From an uncultured Armatimonadetes bacterium (GTDB taxonomy: Bacteria; Armatimonadota; UBA5829; DTJY01), in NCBI GenBank assembly GCA_963717145.1, contig OY970325.1:2848001-2912000 (forward strand): a DNA stretch of 64,000 bases. The letters run 5' to 3'. Both the position numbers and the translations under genes were made by a program. The notes beneath the pieces were generated by a model. The model was not told where the DNA came from and did not search any database. It saw only the letters and a program-made list of their open reading frames with translations. Below are positions 11,301 to 20,220 of this stretch, one piece after another (position 1 is the first letter of the stretch; each line of letters begins with the position of its first letter).

Positions 11301-11828
11301 TACGCTGTCTACTGCTGGTATCCGCAGGGCACGAACAGGTCCATCAAAGCCCCCTACACCCTTACGTACGAGGGCGCGCAGCAGACCGTGCTCATCAACC
11401 AGCAAGCCGGAGGAGGTCAGTGGATCGAACTGGGCACGAAGAAGTTCTCGATCGGGACCACCGGCAATGTGAAGTTGGGCAACGGAACGGCGGAGGCATC
11501 GAACGTCGTCGTGATCGCCGACGCCGTCAGGTTGCTGCTCGTCTCGACCGACGTGAACTCACCGAGCATCCCAACCGGTTTCACAGCAACGGCAACCGGG
11601 CCCGCGGCGGTCTACCTCAGTTGGACCGCCTCCACGGACAACGTGGGTGTAGCCGGCTACAATGTCTACCGCGCCGGGGCCTACCTGGGCAACTGCACGA
11701 CGACCAACTACACCGACACCGGGTTGTCGCCGAGCACCACTTACTCCTACCAAGTGTCGGCATACGATGCTATCGGCAACGAGTCGTACAAGAGCGCGAC
11801 GCGCACCGCTACGACCCCGGCGAACTGA
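8315..11828 (+). CDS. large secreted metallophosphoesterase with 2 laminin-IV-like domains, shared module, FN3, golvesin/CBM-like domain and FN3; split by a 1-nt frameshift at ~10107
   Basis: LPDTQ, HLGD, GNHD, THEY, CGH motifs; APSKF.G repeats; removing C10107 gives ...YAGWINQSTGLAPTAGQFMAVLSSL and joins ORFs 8315 and 10152; WTASTDNV.V.GY FN3 motifs. Confidence 0.8.
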
Positions 11829-11975
11829 GCGGCGGAGGGCACGGCCTGCATGTGTCGAGATCAGCGGTCCCATCGGGTTCCTCTCTCCCCGGAACAGGAT
11901 TATGTCTGCGGGTGTCTAATACATGACACGTAGCTACTGCTTGGCTAGTCTCAGCAAGCACCTGGGAGGGCCATC

Positions 11976-13844
11976 ATGAAGCATGTCGGGTTAGTCATCC
12001 TCGCGGTACTTCTCCTATTCGCCCCCTCCACGTGCGGCGCAGCTCGCATAGCTGAGGAGCAGGCCGCTGAAGCCGTGCGCGCGTTCGAAGGTGATCCGAA
12101 CCTGCAGTTCTGGCGGATCGAGGTCTACGAACAGAACGAAGGGCCGTCGTGGTCACACTTCGCCAACTACACTCTGGAGGCCGGCACGCACGATAACCCA
12201 ATCGCGGACTATTCCGTCGATACTACCACAGGTGAGGTCAATGTCACATATCGCCTGCGGGGGCAGCACCCGATCAAGGAGGCCGCGGAGACTCTTACCA
12301 AAGAACAATGCAAACAGACTGCTGAGGCATTTGCCAGGGCCAAGTACCAGGGCTTCGAGAGCATGGGTTTCTCGCTGAAGACTGAGCTGCTGGATGAAGG
12401 CACTTGGCGTTTCCGCTGGCAGCAGGTTCTGGACTACGGCGCCATGTCGATGAACTATGTGGAGGTCGAGATACGGGCTGCAGACGGCCGTGTCAGCAGC
12501 TATGATACTGCCCGTTATCCGGTAGTACGGCCGCAAGAACCTCTGATATCCTCTGAGCAGGCTGTCCGGACAGCCATGCATAGCGCTGGGATAACGGATA
12601 TGACGGAGGTGCCGGAGACGGCCCTGAGAGTCGACCCTATCGGAACGACATTCTGGACCATTTACATCCAGGGCCTCAATGCGGAGGGATTCGATGTCTG
12701 CTATTATGCAGACGTCGACGCAGGGACTGGCGAGGTACTCAGAAGCGAACGCACGGACTACGGTGCCGACCCTGAGCTTGACACTCCCAGAGACCCGCCG
12801 GAGGTCATACCGCCTGGAGAGGCAAGGGAAGCCGTCAAGGCATGGGAGAGCAATCAGGATCTGGTGCTCATCTGTCGTAAGCTGGACGCGACCGGAGGCA
12901 GCGGTCACTGGGATGATGAGTGGTTCTATGACGTCGATGACCGGGACAACGACGATCGAAGCTGGCAAGTCAGTGCTGTAACAGGCGAGGTCACCCACTT
13001 CATCGATCTGGCCGCATTTCCTGATGAGGAGTGGGAGGAACCAGCGGGCAGATTGACCTCAGGGGAGTGTCAGGAGATAGCCGAGCGTTTTGCCCGGGCC
13101 AAGTACGGCGGATTTGCCGATGTGAGCTTCATTGCTGACGATCCGGAGTGGGAACGGGACGGTTGGCGGTTCAGCTGGAACGAGAAGGTCGAGTGCGAGC
13201 CGTGTGTCTCGAGTTACGTCAGCGTTACGGTGAACGCAGAGGACGGCCGCATTGAGAGCTACGGGGCAAGCCGTGTCGCTCCGTTCACTCCCCTCGAGGC
13301 ACGGGTCACCGCTGAGCAGGCGGTGGAACTGGCAATGACCGCCACAGGGATCGTGAGGTTGGGTAACGATCCTGAACCGGAACTCTCGGCGTACCCGGGG
13401 GCTACGATCTGGTACTTCGACGTCCAGGGACCGGATGCCAAAGGCAGAACTCAGGACTATGCGGCCAAGGTGAATGCCGTGACCGGCGAGATAATCGGCC
13501 TCTATGAGGCTTACGGCGCCAGTGCAGGCGCTCTTGCCGAGGCATCGTCCCATCGAGCCGACACTGAAAGCGAAGAGCTGATGCCGATACGCGAGCTGGT
13601 GGCGCAGATCCCTGGTGCCAGCGTGCACTGGCTCGGGAAACAAGGGGCAAAGATCTTCAGCGGCAGGAACAGATATCACCTCCTGCCTGGCAGCGATACC
13701 ATCGAATGGACCGGCGGGCAGATCAAGCTCTCCCGGAAGATGATACTGGAGGATGGCCGCCTGATGGTCTCTACGGAGCTGGTCCAGGCTGTGGTGAAGA
13801 CTTTGCTACCCCCCACTCCTCCTGAAGCGCCTTCAGACGAATGA
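11976..13844 (+). CDS. secreted acidic protein with a tandem ~245-aa duplication (PepSY/YcdB-like)
   Basis: Signal peptide; FARAKY.GF, DGR..SY, EQAV..AM and A.TGE each occur in both halves. Confidence 0.7.
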   Translation: MKHVGLVILAVLLLFAPSTCGAARIAEEQAAEAVRAFEGDPNLQFWRIEVYEQNEGPSWSHFANYTLEAGTHDNPIADYSVDTTTGEVNVTYRLRGQHPIKEAAETLTKEQCKQTAEAFARAKYQGFESMGFSLKTELLDEGTWRFRWQQVLDYGAMSMNYVEVEIRAADGRVSSYDTARYPVVRPQEPLISSEQAVRTAMHSAGITDMTEVPETALRVDPIGTTFWTIYIQGLNAEGFDVCYYADVDAGTGEVLRSERTDYGADPELDTPRDPPEVIPPGEAREAVKAWESNQDLVLICRKLDATGGSGHWDDEWFYDVDDRDNDDRSWQVSAVTGEVTHFIDLAAFPDEEWEEPAGRLTSGECQEIAERFARAKYGGFADVSFIADDPEWERDGWRFSWNEKVECEPCVSSYVSVTVNAEDGRIESYGASRVAPFTPLEARVTAEQAVELAMTATGIVRLGNDPEPELSAYPGATIWYFDVQGPDAKGRTQDYAAKVNAVTGEIIGLYEAYGASAGALAEASSHRADTESEELMPIRELVAQIPGASVHWLGKQGAKIFSGRNRYHLLPGSDTIEWTGGQIKLSRKMILEDGRLMVSTELVQAVVKTLLPPTPPEAPSDE

Positions 13845-15424
13845 ACGCGGGCTTCGGGGAGCAGTCGCCTCGGAGGAGGCCTCCGTAGGGCCAGAAGGAG
13901 ACCGCATCGGCGAGATCCCACCATGTAACGCCCTCGATGTACGGCTTGCTGTATGCGATCGTGTAGACCGCCTCGACCCAGTCCGCCTGCATCTCCTCCG
14001 TCCATGGGCCGTGCCAGCCCTTCGATGCCCGCTGCCTCATCCCACTCGGATCGATTCCCGGCGCGGACGAGCAGCCCATCTCGGTAATCTGGATCGGCTT
14101 CCCGAGGGTCGAGAAACGATCGAAGAGCCGGTCGATCTCGAAGAGGTCGTATTCCGGATAGTATAACTGCAGGCCGACGATCTCGAACTCCGCCCCCGCC
14201 TTCAGGCAGTCCTTCATGTATGCCATCGGTGAGCGCTTCACCCCTCTCAGGACGCCAAGGCTCGCCACATACTCGCCCCAGAGGTGGCAGGAGTTGATGA
14301 TCCGCTTCACCTTCGGATCGGCCTCCCGCGCGGCGTCGGACGTGACCTTCGCGAGAACGGTCAGTTCCTCAGGCGACAGACGCAGCGAATTCGTGTGGTC
14401 GTGCGCCTCGTTCATGATCTCGCAGTACTCAGTCTTGCCCTTATACCTCAGGACGGTCTCATAGGTGAGGTCGTGAGCGATCTTCGCGATCTGGGGGAAA
14501 GACTTGGTCTTCAGCCACTCGGGCGTGACTCCGCTCGCCATGTAGAACGGCGGGCACGGCTTGACCGCCATGCCGTTCGAGAGCAGCCATTCCGTCTCGG
14601 CGTCGGTGCGCTCGTAATCCCGCGATGTCTCGGTCGGGGCGAAGTGGCTGAGGTAGACATTCGTGACGCCAACGTTGAAGACTTCCTTGAACCGCTCCTG
14701 ATAGACCGGGCCGCGCCCCGGGTATCCGAACGCGTTGCACCCAAAGATGAAGTCCTTGCGCGGGGCAGCCAGCTTCTCGATACGATGCTTCGCCCGCTCG
14801 ACGGTCAACTCCTCACCGGCGGCGAGTGTGATCGCCAGGGACTCGTAGGGCGGGAGCTTCTCCGCCCGATCGAGCTTCTGCCCGAACTCCACCGGCATCC
14901 GGACTCCCTCACCCTCCGAGGCCTTGAGAGCCGCTCGAACGCGCATCAGCCTGGTCGCGGCGGCGTCCGCAGCGAAGTCGATCGTCCCGGCCTTCGAATA
15001 GCCCTTGCCCTTGCCATCCGCGAAGACCGCGACCTCACCGAACTTCGGGACGTTCAACATCATGCAGACCTGGAAGGGGATGGCGTCCTCCGGCTTCGCC
15101 GCCGGCTTGGCGACCTTGTCCGGCTCGGTGCGCCCCGCGTACCCCTTCTGAGGAGCCCGCGCCTCCACCTTCAGTCCCGGCGCCTGGTCGAGACTTGTCG
15201 GGTGTCGGCAGCACGACCGTCACCGAACCGTCGTGCGGAACGATCAGCGTATACATCGGCTCGTCGGAGAGGTCGAGGATATGGCACCGGTCGACCGCCT
15301 CACTGGGGATCGGCTTCCCCGCCGCATCGACGATCGTGACGCGGAGCTTCATGTTCTCCGGCGTCTGGGCGTACCCCGCGGATACCGCGAGGATGAGTAT
15401 GATAATAGGGAGAAGTTTGCGCAT
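13771..15424 (-). CDS. secreted GH10-like glycoside hydrolase, frameshifted near 15190
   Basis: Signal peptide MRKLLPIIIL at 15424; FIFGCN, IMNEAH (acid/base), IQITEMG (nucleophile), GLLR.D.SPKPAF. Confidence 0.75.
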
Positions 15425-15546
15425 GTTGTTGCCTCCGACTACACTGTACCGCCTGGTCCCGAAACTGTCAACAGCCCACGGAGGATTGCCGTCCTTGGCG
15501 AACGAACAGACCGGTAAGCAATCATACACTCATGGGGGATGGATTC

Positions 15547-16695
15547 ATGGACAAGGTACGGATCGGTGTCGTCGGCGTCGGCGGGATGGGAAGCCATCAT
15601 GCCAACTACCTCTCGAAGGGCGAGATCGCGCGCGCGGAGTTGACCGCCGTCTGCGATGTCGAGAAGGAGAAGCTCGGTCGGTGGGAGGGAGTCCGCGAGT
15701 TCACCGACAGCCGTGAGCTGATCCGCTCGGGCCTGGTCGATGCAGTGGTGATCGCCACTCCGCACTACGACCACACGACGATCGGCATCGACGCCATGAA
15801 GCAGGGCATCCACGTCCTAACCGAGAAGCCGATATCGGTCCACAAGGCCGACTGTCAGCGGATGATCGACGCGCACAAGGGCACCGGCCTCGTCTTCGGC
15901 GCGATGTTCCAGCTCCGTACCGATCCGATCTACAAGAAGTTGAAGGCGCTCCTCGATTCAGGCGAGGTCGGCGAGATCTTCCGCGTGACATGGACCGCCA
16001 CAGACTGGTTCCGCTCCGAGGCGTACTACGCGAGCGGCGGTTGGCGCGCGACGTGGAGCGGCGAGGGCGGCGGCGTCCTGCTCAATCAGTGCCCGCACAA
16101 CCTCGACCTGATGCAGTGGTTCTTCGGGATGCCGTCGAAGGTCCGCGCGTTCTGCGGGTTCGGCGTGAAGCATGACATCGAGGTGGAGGATCAGGTCACG
16201 GCTTACCTCGAATACCCCAACGGCGCGACCGGCCACTTCATCACCACGACCTGCGAGTCGCCGGGGACGAACCGCCTGGAGGTCGCCGGCGAGCGAGGGA
16301 GAGTCGTGATGGAAGGCGGGAAGATCAGCTTCATCCGCAATGAGACCCCCATGACCGAGTTCTCCCGCACGACCGACAAGGGGTTCGCGGTTCCCGACAA
16401 GTGGATCATCGACGTCCCCTTCCACGGGCCGCCTCCCCATCACCAGAACGTTACCCGCGCCTTCGTGAATGCGATCCTCGACGGCACGCCTCTGGTCGCT
16501 CCTGCCGAGGAAGGGATCAACTCGGTCGAGCTGGCGAACTGCATGCTGTACTCTGCCTGGACCGACACGACAGTGAACCTACCGCTCGATGGGGCTGCCT
16601 ACGAAGCGGCGCTCAAGGAGCGGATCGCGACCTCGCGCTACGTCAAGAAGACAGTCTCCGAGCGGGACGAGGACATCTCAACGTCATTCAAGTAG
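15547..16695 (+). CDS. Gfo/Idh/MocA family oxidoreductase
   Basis: GVVGVGGMG Rossmann motif, ATPHYDH, EKP, GGGVLLNQCPHNLD. Confidence 0.92.
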   Translation: MDKVRIGVVGVGGMGSHHANYLSKGEIARAELTAVCDVEKEKLGRWEGVREFTDSRELIRSGLVDAVVIATPHYDHTTIGIDAMKQGIHVLTEKPISVHKADCQRMIDAHKGTGLVFGAMFQLRTDPIYKKLKALLDSGEVGEIFRVTWTATDWFRSEAYYASGGWRATWSGEGGGVLLNQCPHNLDLMQWFFGMPSKVRAFCGFGVKHDIEVEDQVTAYLEYPNGATGHFITTTCESPGTNRLEVAGERGRVVMEGGKISFIRNETPMTEFSRTTDKGFAVPDKWIIDVPFHGPPPHHQNVTRAFVNAILDGTPLVAPAEEGINSVELANCMLYSAWTDTTVNLPLDGAAYEAALKERIATSRYVKKTVSERDEDISTSFK

Positions 16696-16720
16696 GAGTC
16701 CTGAGTACGCCAACTCCAGG

Positions 16721-16841
16721 AACCGTAGTCCTGAGTACGCCTCTGGGCGTGTAACGAAGGACGGCCTGCGGAGCATCGAGGTTGGGTGGAGATGCGACCG
16801 TCCTTCGTTACACGCCCAGAGGCGTACTCAGGACTACGGTT
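16721..16841. repeat. palindromic repeat family A, copy 1
   Basis: Perfect 44-bp arms 16721-16764 and 16798-16841; related copies at 29962 and 31610. Confidence 0.9.
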
Positions 16842-16851
16842 ATTCCTCTTT

Positions 16852-16935
16852 CACTCCCGTACTCCCACACTCCCACACTCCCACTCTCCCACACTCCCAC
16901 ACTCCCATTACTCCCATACTCCCCCACTCCCACCC
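16852..16935. repeat. octamer tandem repeat (ACTCCCAY)n
   Basis: About 10 degenerate units; same unit at 19127, 30700 and 49920. Confidence 0.85.
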
Positions 16936-17046
16936 CAACATTTTCCCGCCTGCCAGGCTTGACAGCCTGCAAGTAAGGGTAGAAACGTATCAGTGCTTGC
17001 ATTCCAGGGATGGCGCAGGCTCAATCTCGAAGGGAGTGCAATACTG

Positions 17047-17955
17047 ATGAAGAAGTTGCTTTTGCTGGCCGTGGCAGTCATGCTGCTGTCAGCCGTACTC
17101 GGCATGCCCGCCACCGCCCAGATCGGCGTCGGCGGTCTGGAGGGGATCACGACCTGGGGCTGGCTGTGGCAGTTCCAGGCATTCGGGACCGTCGGCTTCG
17201 GGACTGACCTCTCATATCTCGGAACGTTCTACGGCAGGTACGGCAGCACACCGCTCTCGTGCAGGGCCACCGTCAACGGCATCAGCAAATCCGGCGTCCC
17301 GGTCAGCTTCACCGCCAAGACTCTCTGGGGCGTAAGGAGATCGACTTCATTCACCATGACCAGTGGTCAGGGGACCGTCGCCGCCAGGGTCAACTGGGGC
17401 CCCGACGTGTATGAGATCGTGGTGAAGAGCAGCGACGGCGCCGTCTCATCGCCCGCCGCATTGACGATCTACAGCACTACTGGGAGCACCACATACGCAG
17501 GCGGCACGCTCCTCTTGGGCACGGAGCGCAGGAGGGCCACGTTCGGCCTCCGGTACGGCACCTCGCCGTCCGTTCTGAGCGGACTCTTGTTCCTCGATCC
17601 GGACGAACCCGCCGGCTTCACCAGGATCACTTCAACCAGTTTCCGGCGGATCGCATCACCGGCCGGCACGAGGAAGTACGCAGGCGTCTGCACGTTCCAG
17701 GGTCCCGGGCAGCCCCCCGTCGGCGCGAACCTCTTCCTCACCACGAGCACTCAGACGACAGGCTTCACGTTCTCGATCAAAGTCGTCGCCGTGTGGATGG
17801 AAGTGCTCTACGATGTCACCGGCAAGACCGTGAACAGCGGAGCGAAGTGGGGCCGTAGGGCCGGAATCCTACTCGTACTCCTAATCGTAATCGTGCTCGC
17901 CTGTCGACCGACGACATATCGTCACGCCCAGCCGTCTGGCGACCCCTGCGCCTGA
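17047..17955 (+). CDS. secreted hypothetical beta-rich protein
   Basis: MKKLLLLAVAV signal peptide, Gly/Thr rich; last ~30 aa run through a hexamer repeat so the true end may be earlier. Confidence 0.65.
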   Translation: MKKLLLLAVAVMLLSAVLGMPATAQIGVGGLEGITTWGWLWQFQAFGTVGFGTDLSYLGTFYGRYGSTPLSCRATVNGISKSGVPVSFTAKTLWGVRRSTSFTMTSGQGTVAARVNWGPDVYEIVVKSSDGAVSSPAALTIYSTTGSTTYAGGTLLLGTERRRATFGLRYGTSPSVLSGLLFLDPDEPAGFTRITSTSFRRIASPAGTRKYAGVCTFQGPGQPPVGANLFLTTSTQTTGFTFSIKVVAVWMEVLYDVTGKTVNSGAKWGRRAGILLVLLIVIVLACRPTTYRHAQPSGDPCA

Positions 17956-18053
17956 GAATCAGCCGCGCGTTCTCGGTATGCTGTCCGTTTCGACGCAGAT
18001 GTATGTGTTCCTTCCCACGAACCCCGAGTACGAGCACGAGTACGAGTACGAGC
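17869..18053. repeat. inverted pair of hexamer tracts (CTCGTA)n and (TACGAG)n
   Basis: Tracts at 17869-17899 and 18025-18053 are approximate reverse complements. Confidence 0.7.
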
Positions 18054-18060
18054 GGGAATG

Positions 18061-18090
18061 TTGAATGGGCAGCCGTCTTTCTGCTATGAT
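18061..18090 (+). promoter_or_regulatory. sigma70-type promoter
   Basis: TTGAAT-N18-TATGAT with extended TG. Confidence 0.45.
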
Positions 18091-18200
18091 GGCGGTGGTG
18101 TCCTGAGACGCCGGGCTGTTTTTGGCGAAATCCACCAGTGTGCGTGTTCTGCTGGTTGAAGACCTGTCTGGACTCAGCAGAACACTGATGATCGGCAGGG

Positions 18201-19127
18201 ATGAGCGTGTCACCCGCGCAATTCACGGTCTTCAGCCAGGAACTCTACTACGACGAGAGCATCCGAGCGATCGAGTCGTATGCCGATGCGCCACGCCGAC
18301 GGGAACTCCATGCCCGAATCGCCGAGCAACTCCCCTACCCTTCCGCCACGATGAGGGACCGCGTCGCCAGCAAGATCATCCAGCGCTTCTTCGTGAACCC
18401 GCCCACCGGAACACCCCACCCCAACCCTCCCCGCAACGGAGAGGGGGTAGCTCCCTCTCCGTTGCGGGGAGGGCTGGGGTGGGGTAAACGATCCGGCTCG
18501 TACCCGGCGACCGCGTTCCTCAGGCTGGTGGCGGGCATCAAGCGGGACGACCTCCGGCGCGATCTGCTCTATTGGCGCGCGGCACGGACGGACGCGATCA
18601 TCGAGGCGCTGGCCGGCGAGCTGTTCTACCCGCACTTCGTGCTCGGGCAGATCCCTATGGGCTACTCGGAGGCCGAGTTCCACGCGACGAACACCGCGAC
18701 GCTCTTCTCGATCGACGGAGTGATCACCCGGGACTTCGCGATCGAGTACGCGCGGAAGGTCTGGGAGTTCGACAGCCCGCGGACGATCGCCCTCGCGCTC
18801 CGGATCATGCGGCAGGCGGAGGTCGTGGATGCGACCTCGGTCGTGCTCGGGCGCAGGCGGGTTCATGGGTATTATCCACTGTCGCACACACCGCGGGTCG
18901 AGGCGTTCGCGTATTGCATCTATGAGGAGTTCCTCGCCGAGGGGCCGGTCGTAGCGATCGACCAACTGCGGAACTCGGCATTCGCGAAGGTGTTTCTGCT
19001 CGGCGGGCTGCAGGTGGATTCGCTCGTGAAGTCGGCGGAGCGGCAGAAGCTCCTCACGGCGGACGGGCGGCATATGCGGCTGGCATACGGAAGCCTGGGG
19101 GAGCTGGTGGAGGCGTTGAAGGGATAG
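18201..19127 (+). CDS. BrxA-like (DUF1819-like) protein with an in-frame palindrome insertion
   Basis: S.T.R.R....I.QRF, LLYW....TD.II..L..E.FYP, AFAY..YE, VFLL and Y.SL.ELV pattern recalled from long BrxA proteins. Confidence 0.55.
   Translation: MSVSPAQFTVFSQELYYDESIRAIESYADAPRRRELHARIAEQLPYPSATMRDRVASKIIQRFFVNPPTGTPHPNPPRNGEGVAPSPLRGGLGWGKRSGSYPATAFLRLVAGIKRDDLRRDLLYWRAARTDAIIEALAGELFYPHFVLGQIPMGYSEAEFHATNTATLFSIDGVITRDFAIEYARKVWEFDSPRTIALALRIMRQAEVVDATSVVLGRRRVHGYYPLSHTPRVEAFAYCIYEEFLAEGPVVAIDQLRNSAFAKVFLLGGLQVDSLVKSAERQKLLTADGRHMRLAYGSLGELVEALKG
18413..18485. repeat. palindromic repeat family B, intragenic copy
   Basis: ACCCCACCCCAACCCTCCCCGCAACGGAGAGGG...CCCTCTCCGTTGCGGGGAGGGCTGGGGTGGGGT; same core as 29822, 33218 and 35752. 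Confidence 0.92.
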
Positions 19128-19207
19128 GGAGGGAGTATGGGAGTGTGGGGGTATGGGAGTATGGGAGTCCGGACACCCATACCCCCACACTCCCATACTC
19201 CCACACA
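19127..19207. repeat. inverted octamer tracts
   Basis: (GGGAGTRT)n followed by (AYACTCCC)n. Confidence 0.8.
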
Positions 19208-19224
19208 TTTTCGAGGAGGACAAC

Positions 19225-20070
19225 ATGCACGGAACCATCATCAAGAATGTGGCGGCGATGTACAAAGAGGCGACGCGCGACTGCGAGCAGGTGAGCCAGG
19301 CGATCATGGGGCAGCCGGTCGAGATCGAGAAGGAGGACGGCAACTGGCTCTACATCCGCACGTGGGATACGTATCACGGCTGGATCGAGAGCCGCTGGGT
19401 ACAACGGGGCGAGTGGAATCCGGCGCAGATCGCCACGGTCGTGACGCAGTTCAGCTTTGCATACAAAGCCCCCGATGCCGGGTCGCTGCATCACACCATC
19501 CTCGTCATCACCGGTGTGATGGAGGCACTCGGAACCGGGCAGGACCGCGGTCTCGCAACCGATAGTGCCGATGAGAAACACCATGGGAAGTTCACACGCG
19601 TTCGGCTGCCTGATGGACGTGAGGCGTGGGTGCCGTCGTCCGATGTCGCGATCACTCCCGCGGGCGACCAGGTCCTCCCGCTCGGGGCGATCGGCGCGGA
19701 GTTGATCAAGACCGGGCGGCGGTTCCTCGGGGTGCCGTATCTCTGGGGCGGTTGCAGTCCGTTCGGGATCGACTGCTCCGGGTTCGTTCAGTTGTGCTAC
19801 AAGCTCAACGGCGTGCAGCTTCTCCGTGACGCCGACATCCAGGCGCACGACCCGCGCGCGATCCCTGTCGAGAAGGCCGATCTCGTCGCGGGCGACATGG
19901 TCTTCTTCGCGGGCGGCCAGGATAAGACGCGGATCACGCACATCGGGATGGCGATCGGCGACGGAACCTTCATCCACTCCGCCGGCGGCGCAGGCGTCTC
20001 GATCAACAACCTGACCGACGTACCCTTCGAAGCCAACTACTGGGGAGCCCGCCGCATGCCGGGGGTCTAG
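19225..20070 (+). CDS. NlpC/P60 (C40) peptidase with SH3-like N-terminal domains (YkfC-like)
   Basis: PYLWGG, DCSGFVQ, HIGM, FIHS; RBS GAGGAGG. Confidence 0.9.
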   Translation: MHGTIIKNVAAMYKEATRDCEQVSQAIMGQPVEIEKEDGNWLYIRTWDTYHGWIESRWVQRGEWNPAQIATVVTQFSFAYKAPDAGSLHHTILVITGVMEALGTGQDRGLATDSADEKHHGKFTRVRLPDGREAWVPSSDVAITPAGDQVLPLGAIGAELIKTGRRFLGVPYLWGGCSPFGIDCSGFVQLCYKLNGVQLLRDADIQAHDPRAIPVEKADLVAGDMVFFAGGQDKTRITHIGMAIGDGTFIHSAGGAGVSINNLTDVPFEANYWGARRMPGV

Positions 20071-20094
20071 GGCACGGGAGGTACCTCTTCGCTG

Positions 20095-20124
20095 TTGACT
20101 GCATGCCATCAGTTGCAGTAAGAT
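20095..20124 (+). promoter_or_regulatory. sigma70-type promoter for the R-M locus
   Basis: TTGACT-N18-TAAGAT. Confidence 0.5.
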
Positions 20125-20163
20125 AGCGATACCATCCACCATCCATCCCAGGAGACCGCCGAC

Positions 20164-20220
20164 ATGCCGGAACATGAAGCTGAATGGAAGGACTGGAAGC
20201 CAGCTATGGAGAGAGCATGA
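20164..20220 (+). other. 18-aa leader ORF coupled to mod; possible hsdR N-terminal remnant
   Basis: AGGAG RBS, MPEHEAEWKDWKPAMERA; its TGA overlaps the mod ATG (ATGA). Confidence 0.4.

Noticed and set aside
17860-17955. C-terminal membrane anchor ILLVLLIVIVLA on the 17047 protein
   Set aside because: The hydrophobic run is the translation of a hexamer repeat tract; probably read-through or an error near the true stop
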